Positions 52,935-55,526 of a DNA stretch of 55,526 bases are shown piece by piece (position 1 is the first letter of the stretch; every line of letters starts with the position of its first letter). This DNA comes from Podarcis pityusensis (Eukaryota): the NCBI GenBank assembly GCA_964106645.2, contig CAXKZF020000196.1; one strand, 5' to 3'. Under the pieces are notes generated by a model, which saw nothing but the letters and a program-made list of their open reading frames with translations, was not told where the DNA came from and did not search any database. The position numbers were made by a program, and so were the translations under genes.

Positions 52935-55526
52935 ATGAGCAGTCGCTTGCCAGGAAGCGACCTCGAACAGCTCAACATCTGGCCTGCCGAGGTAACGCAG
53001 CCTGACCTGGACCTTTACTTCCTGCTCAGCGCTGACGACAAAACCTTTATCGGCACCTACCGCACGGCTAAGAATCAGCTCGGCGTCGCCCTGCAACTTT
53101 GCTCGCTGCGCTACCTCGGCTTTTTCGCGGACGTTTCCAGCAACCCACCTGACCCTGTCGCCGCTCACGTTGCGGCTCAACTCGAGTTACCGGTTGAACC
53201 CCTCACGAATTATGGTCAGCGCGATAAAACCCGAACCCAGCACCAACAGAGGGTGCTGGTCTATCTCGGCTATCGTCGCGCCGCGCTTGTGGACCTGTTA
53301 ACGCTCGAGCACTGGCTGCGCGACCGGGCCTTGGAGCACGACTAGCCCAAGCTGCTGCTCGAGGTGAGCTGCGACTATCTGCGCCGTGCCAAAATCGTTC
53401 GCCCCGGGATAAGCGTCTTATCTCGCATGGTGAGTGCTGCTCGCGCCGAGGCAGAGGCACTAGCGTATGAGAGACTGCAGCCGCTTCTCGGAAGCGACCT
53501 TCGCCGCGAACTCGACGAGCTGGCGGGTTCTGAGACGATAGGTCGAAGCCGTCTGAGTTGGTTACAGCGAACGCCAGTGAATAATAAGACGAGCGCCATC
53601 GTACAAACGCTAGATAAGCTCGCCTACTTACACGAGTTGGGGGTTGCATATTGGGACGTGAGCATTCTCAACCCGAACCGCCTTAAGTGGTTGGCGAAGC
53701 GGAGCAGTCGTTTGAAGCCCCACCGTGTAGGGCGCTTGAAGCCGGAGGTGCGATTGCCGATGCTGGTCGCATTCCTGCACGAGGCGCTCTACACCTTTAC
53801 CGACGCGGTCGTTGAAATGGTTGATCAGCGCCTGTGGGAACTGCACATCGAGTCGAAGCGCGCTTTTCAGAACGACCGCCTAGCCGCCACCAACACGATA
53901 AACGACACGCTCGGAGTGCTGAAGGTTTTAGCAGAGTTGTACCTGCAGGACAGTGTCGGTGTGGCGGCACCAGGGGGCGGCACACAGCCCCCGAGCCGCG
54001 AACGGGTCGAGTTACGCCGTTAGCCAGGCTGACCACCTCATCCGCCCGGAGCAGGACGCCTACGTGGATTACTTTTCGAAGCGCTACCGCAAGGTGCAAA
54101 ACTTTTCAAGGCGCTTGCTCGACGTGATGCGCTATGAAAGTAGTGGTCCTGACGGCGGCTTGCTAAAAGCCCTCGACCTCGTGAGGGAGATTCACGCGGG
54201 CACGCGCCGTAAACTGCCCCCAAACGCGCCCACAGCGTTTGTTCCAGACGTTTGGCAAGCCGAAGTGATGACCAAAGAAGGAGTCAACTGGCGGAGCTAC
54301 GAAATTGCCACTCTCTGGATACTTAGGCAGCGCCTGCGTTCGGGTGATGTTTAAACCCCATATAGTCGCCGCCACCGGGAACTTGAACGCTACCTCATCC
54401 CTCAACTAGACTGGCCTCAACACCGTACCGATGTTCTTGGTCTGACAGGAAACGCCCCTGTCAGCCGATACGCGGCTAGAGGCGCGGTTTAAGATCCTGC
54501 AGAGGCTCGCTGTCCTCGTGGATTCGCAGCTTCGTGAAGGGGCGAGTGACCTGCGCACCGAAGAGGCGCGGCTGGTACTTAGCCCCCTTGAGGAAGCAAA
54601 AACTTCGCCGGAACTCAGAAGACTGAGGCGACTCGTCGCGTCACGCCTGCCTCCGGCTGACATCACGGACGTTCTCATCGAAGTTGATAACTTGAGCGGT
54701 TTTTCGAGCGGCATCACCCAATTGGATGGTGCCCCACGCCACGGGAGGGAAACGCTTCCTTACCTTTATGCTTGCCTACTGGCGCAAGCCTGCAACCTGG
54801 GGTTCAAGCAGATGGCGGTGTCGACCGACCTGAATTACGAGCGCCTGCTCTGGTGCAACCGCTGGTATCTGCGCGAGGACACGTTGAACGAGGCGGTCAC
54901 CACGCTGGTGAATTACCATCACTCGCTCCCCTTCAGTTCAGTCTGGGGCGGTGGTGTACTGTCAAGCTCAGATGGGCAGCGCTTCCCGGTCAGCGGGGAC
55001 ACCCGTAGGGCACGCGCCTTGCCACGTTATTTCGGCTATGGCAAAGGAGTCACCGCTTACACCTGGACAAGCGACCAGTTTTTCCAATACGGTTCAAAGG
55101 CTATCGCTTCCACCGTCAGAGATGCTACTTACGTGCTGGACGCTATCCTCGATAACGAAACCGACCTCGACATCTTTGAACACACAACAGACACCGCCGG
55201 ATACACCGAACTTATCTTTGCTCTGTTTGGTTTGTTGGGGCTCACCTTCTCCCCAAGGATTAAAGACCTAGCTGAGCAGCAGTTGTACCGCCCGCCTAGC
55301 TTCGATGTGGATGCCATACCCCGCCTACGGCCCTTTTTGAACATCACGCTCAACCTCGACCTTATCAGGCACTATTGGGACGACATGCTACGGGTGGTTA
55401 TGTCGATGCGGACAGGCTATTGCAGTGCCTCGCTGTTCGTGCAAAAGCTACAGGCTTACCCGCGCAAGCATCCGCTGATGCGCGCCTTGCAGGAATACGG
55501 GCAGCTGGAAAAGACTATCTGCATCC
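52935..55526 (+). mobile_element. tnpA: Tn3 family transposase (pseudogene; runs off the right edge)
   Basis: NQLGVALQLCSLRYLGF (DUF4158), LRSGDV, NLGFKQMA, SSSDGQRF, RDATYVLD, TDTAGYT, FSPRIKDL and ALQEYGQLEKT. Confidence 0.93.

Noticed and set aside
8894-55526. Stop-codon reassignment suggested by in-frame stops (TGA in glcG, TAG in SBBP and tnpA)
   Set aside because: All three stop types occur, replacing different residues, and mostly in decaying genes. Intact genes end normally in TGA, TAG or TAA.
1-55526. CRISPR array, tRNA/rRNA, riboswitch or replication origin
   Set aside because: I saw no regularly spaced repeats, recognisable RNA gene or rep/iteron cluster.

Overview
This is an accessory (plasmid- or island-like) segment from a Deinococcota bacterium, probably Truepera-like. 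The host call rests on a Deinococcus/Thermus-type SigA C-terminus, many leaderless TAnnnT-(4-6 nt)-ATG gene starts, SBBP lipoproteins and abundant CTCGAG. Left to right it carries: a SARP/STAND regulator with divergent lipoproteins; an IclR-controlled operon (secreted EutQ-like cupin, large unknown secreted protein, GlcG/HbpS); a LacI-regulated GH43 sugar ABC cluster; cysteine synthase; a second RpoD-like sigma factor; vapBC; a pepP gene split by an IS5-derived composite transposon carrying an APH-like kinase; a probable UV/desiccation stress island (tandem spore-photoproduct-lyase-like radical SAM pair, DUF3891, Hsp20, Mn-catalase, small membrane protein, PAS-LuxR); nested IS630/IS5/IS3 elements; an Opp/Dpp ABC operon; and a tyrosine-recombinase plus Tn3 transposase element running off the right end. 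Many genes have single-base frameshifts at homopolymers, which may be long-read errors, as well as in-frame stops, which suggest real decay. The best candidates for novelty are (i) the SPL pair, DUF3891 and extra sigma factor stress island, (ii) tiny TGCCC-loop-GGGTA hairpin insertions in transposase genes, (iii) gene chimeras joined exactly at CTCGAG, and (iv) the secreted cupin/unknown protein/GlcG operon.
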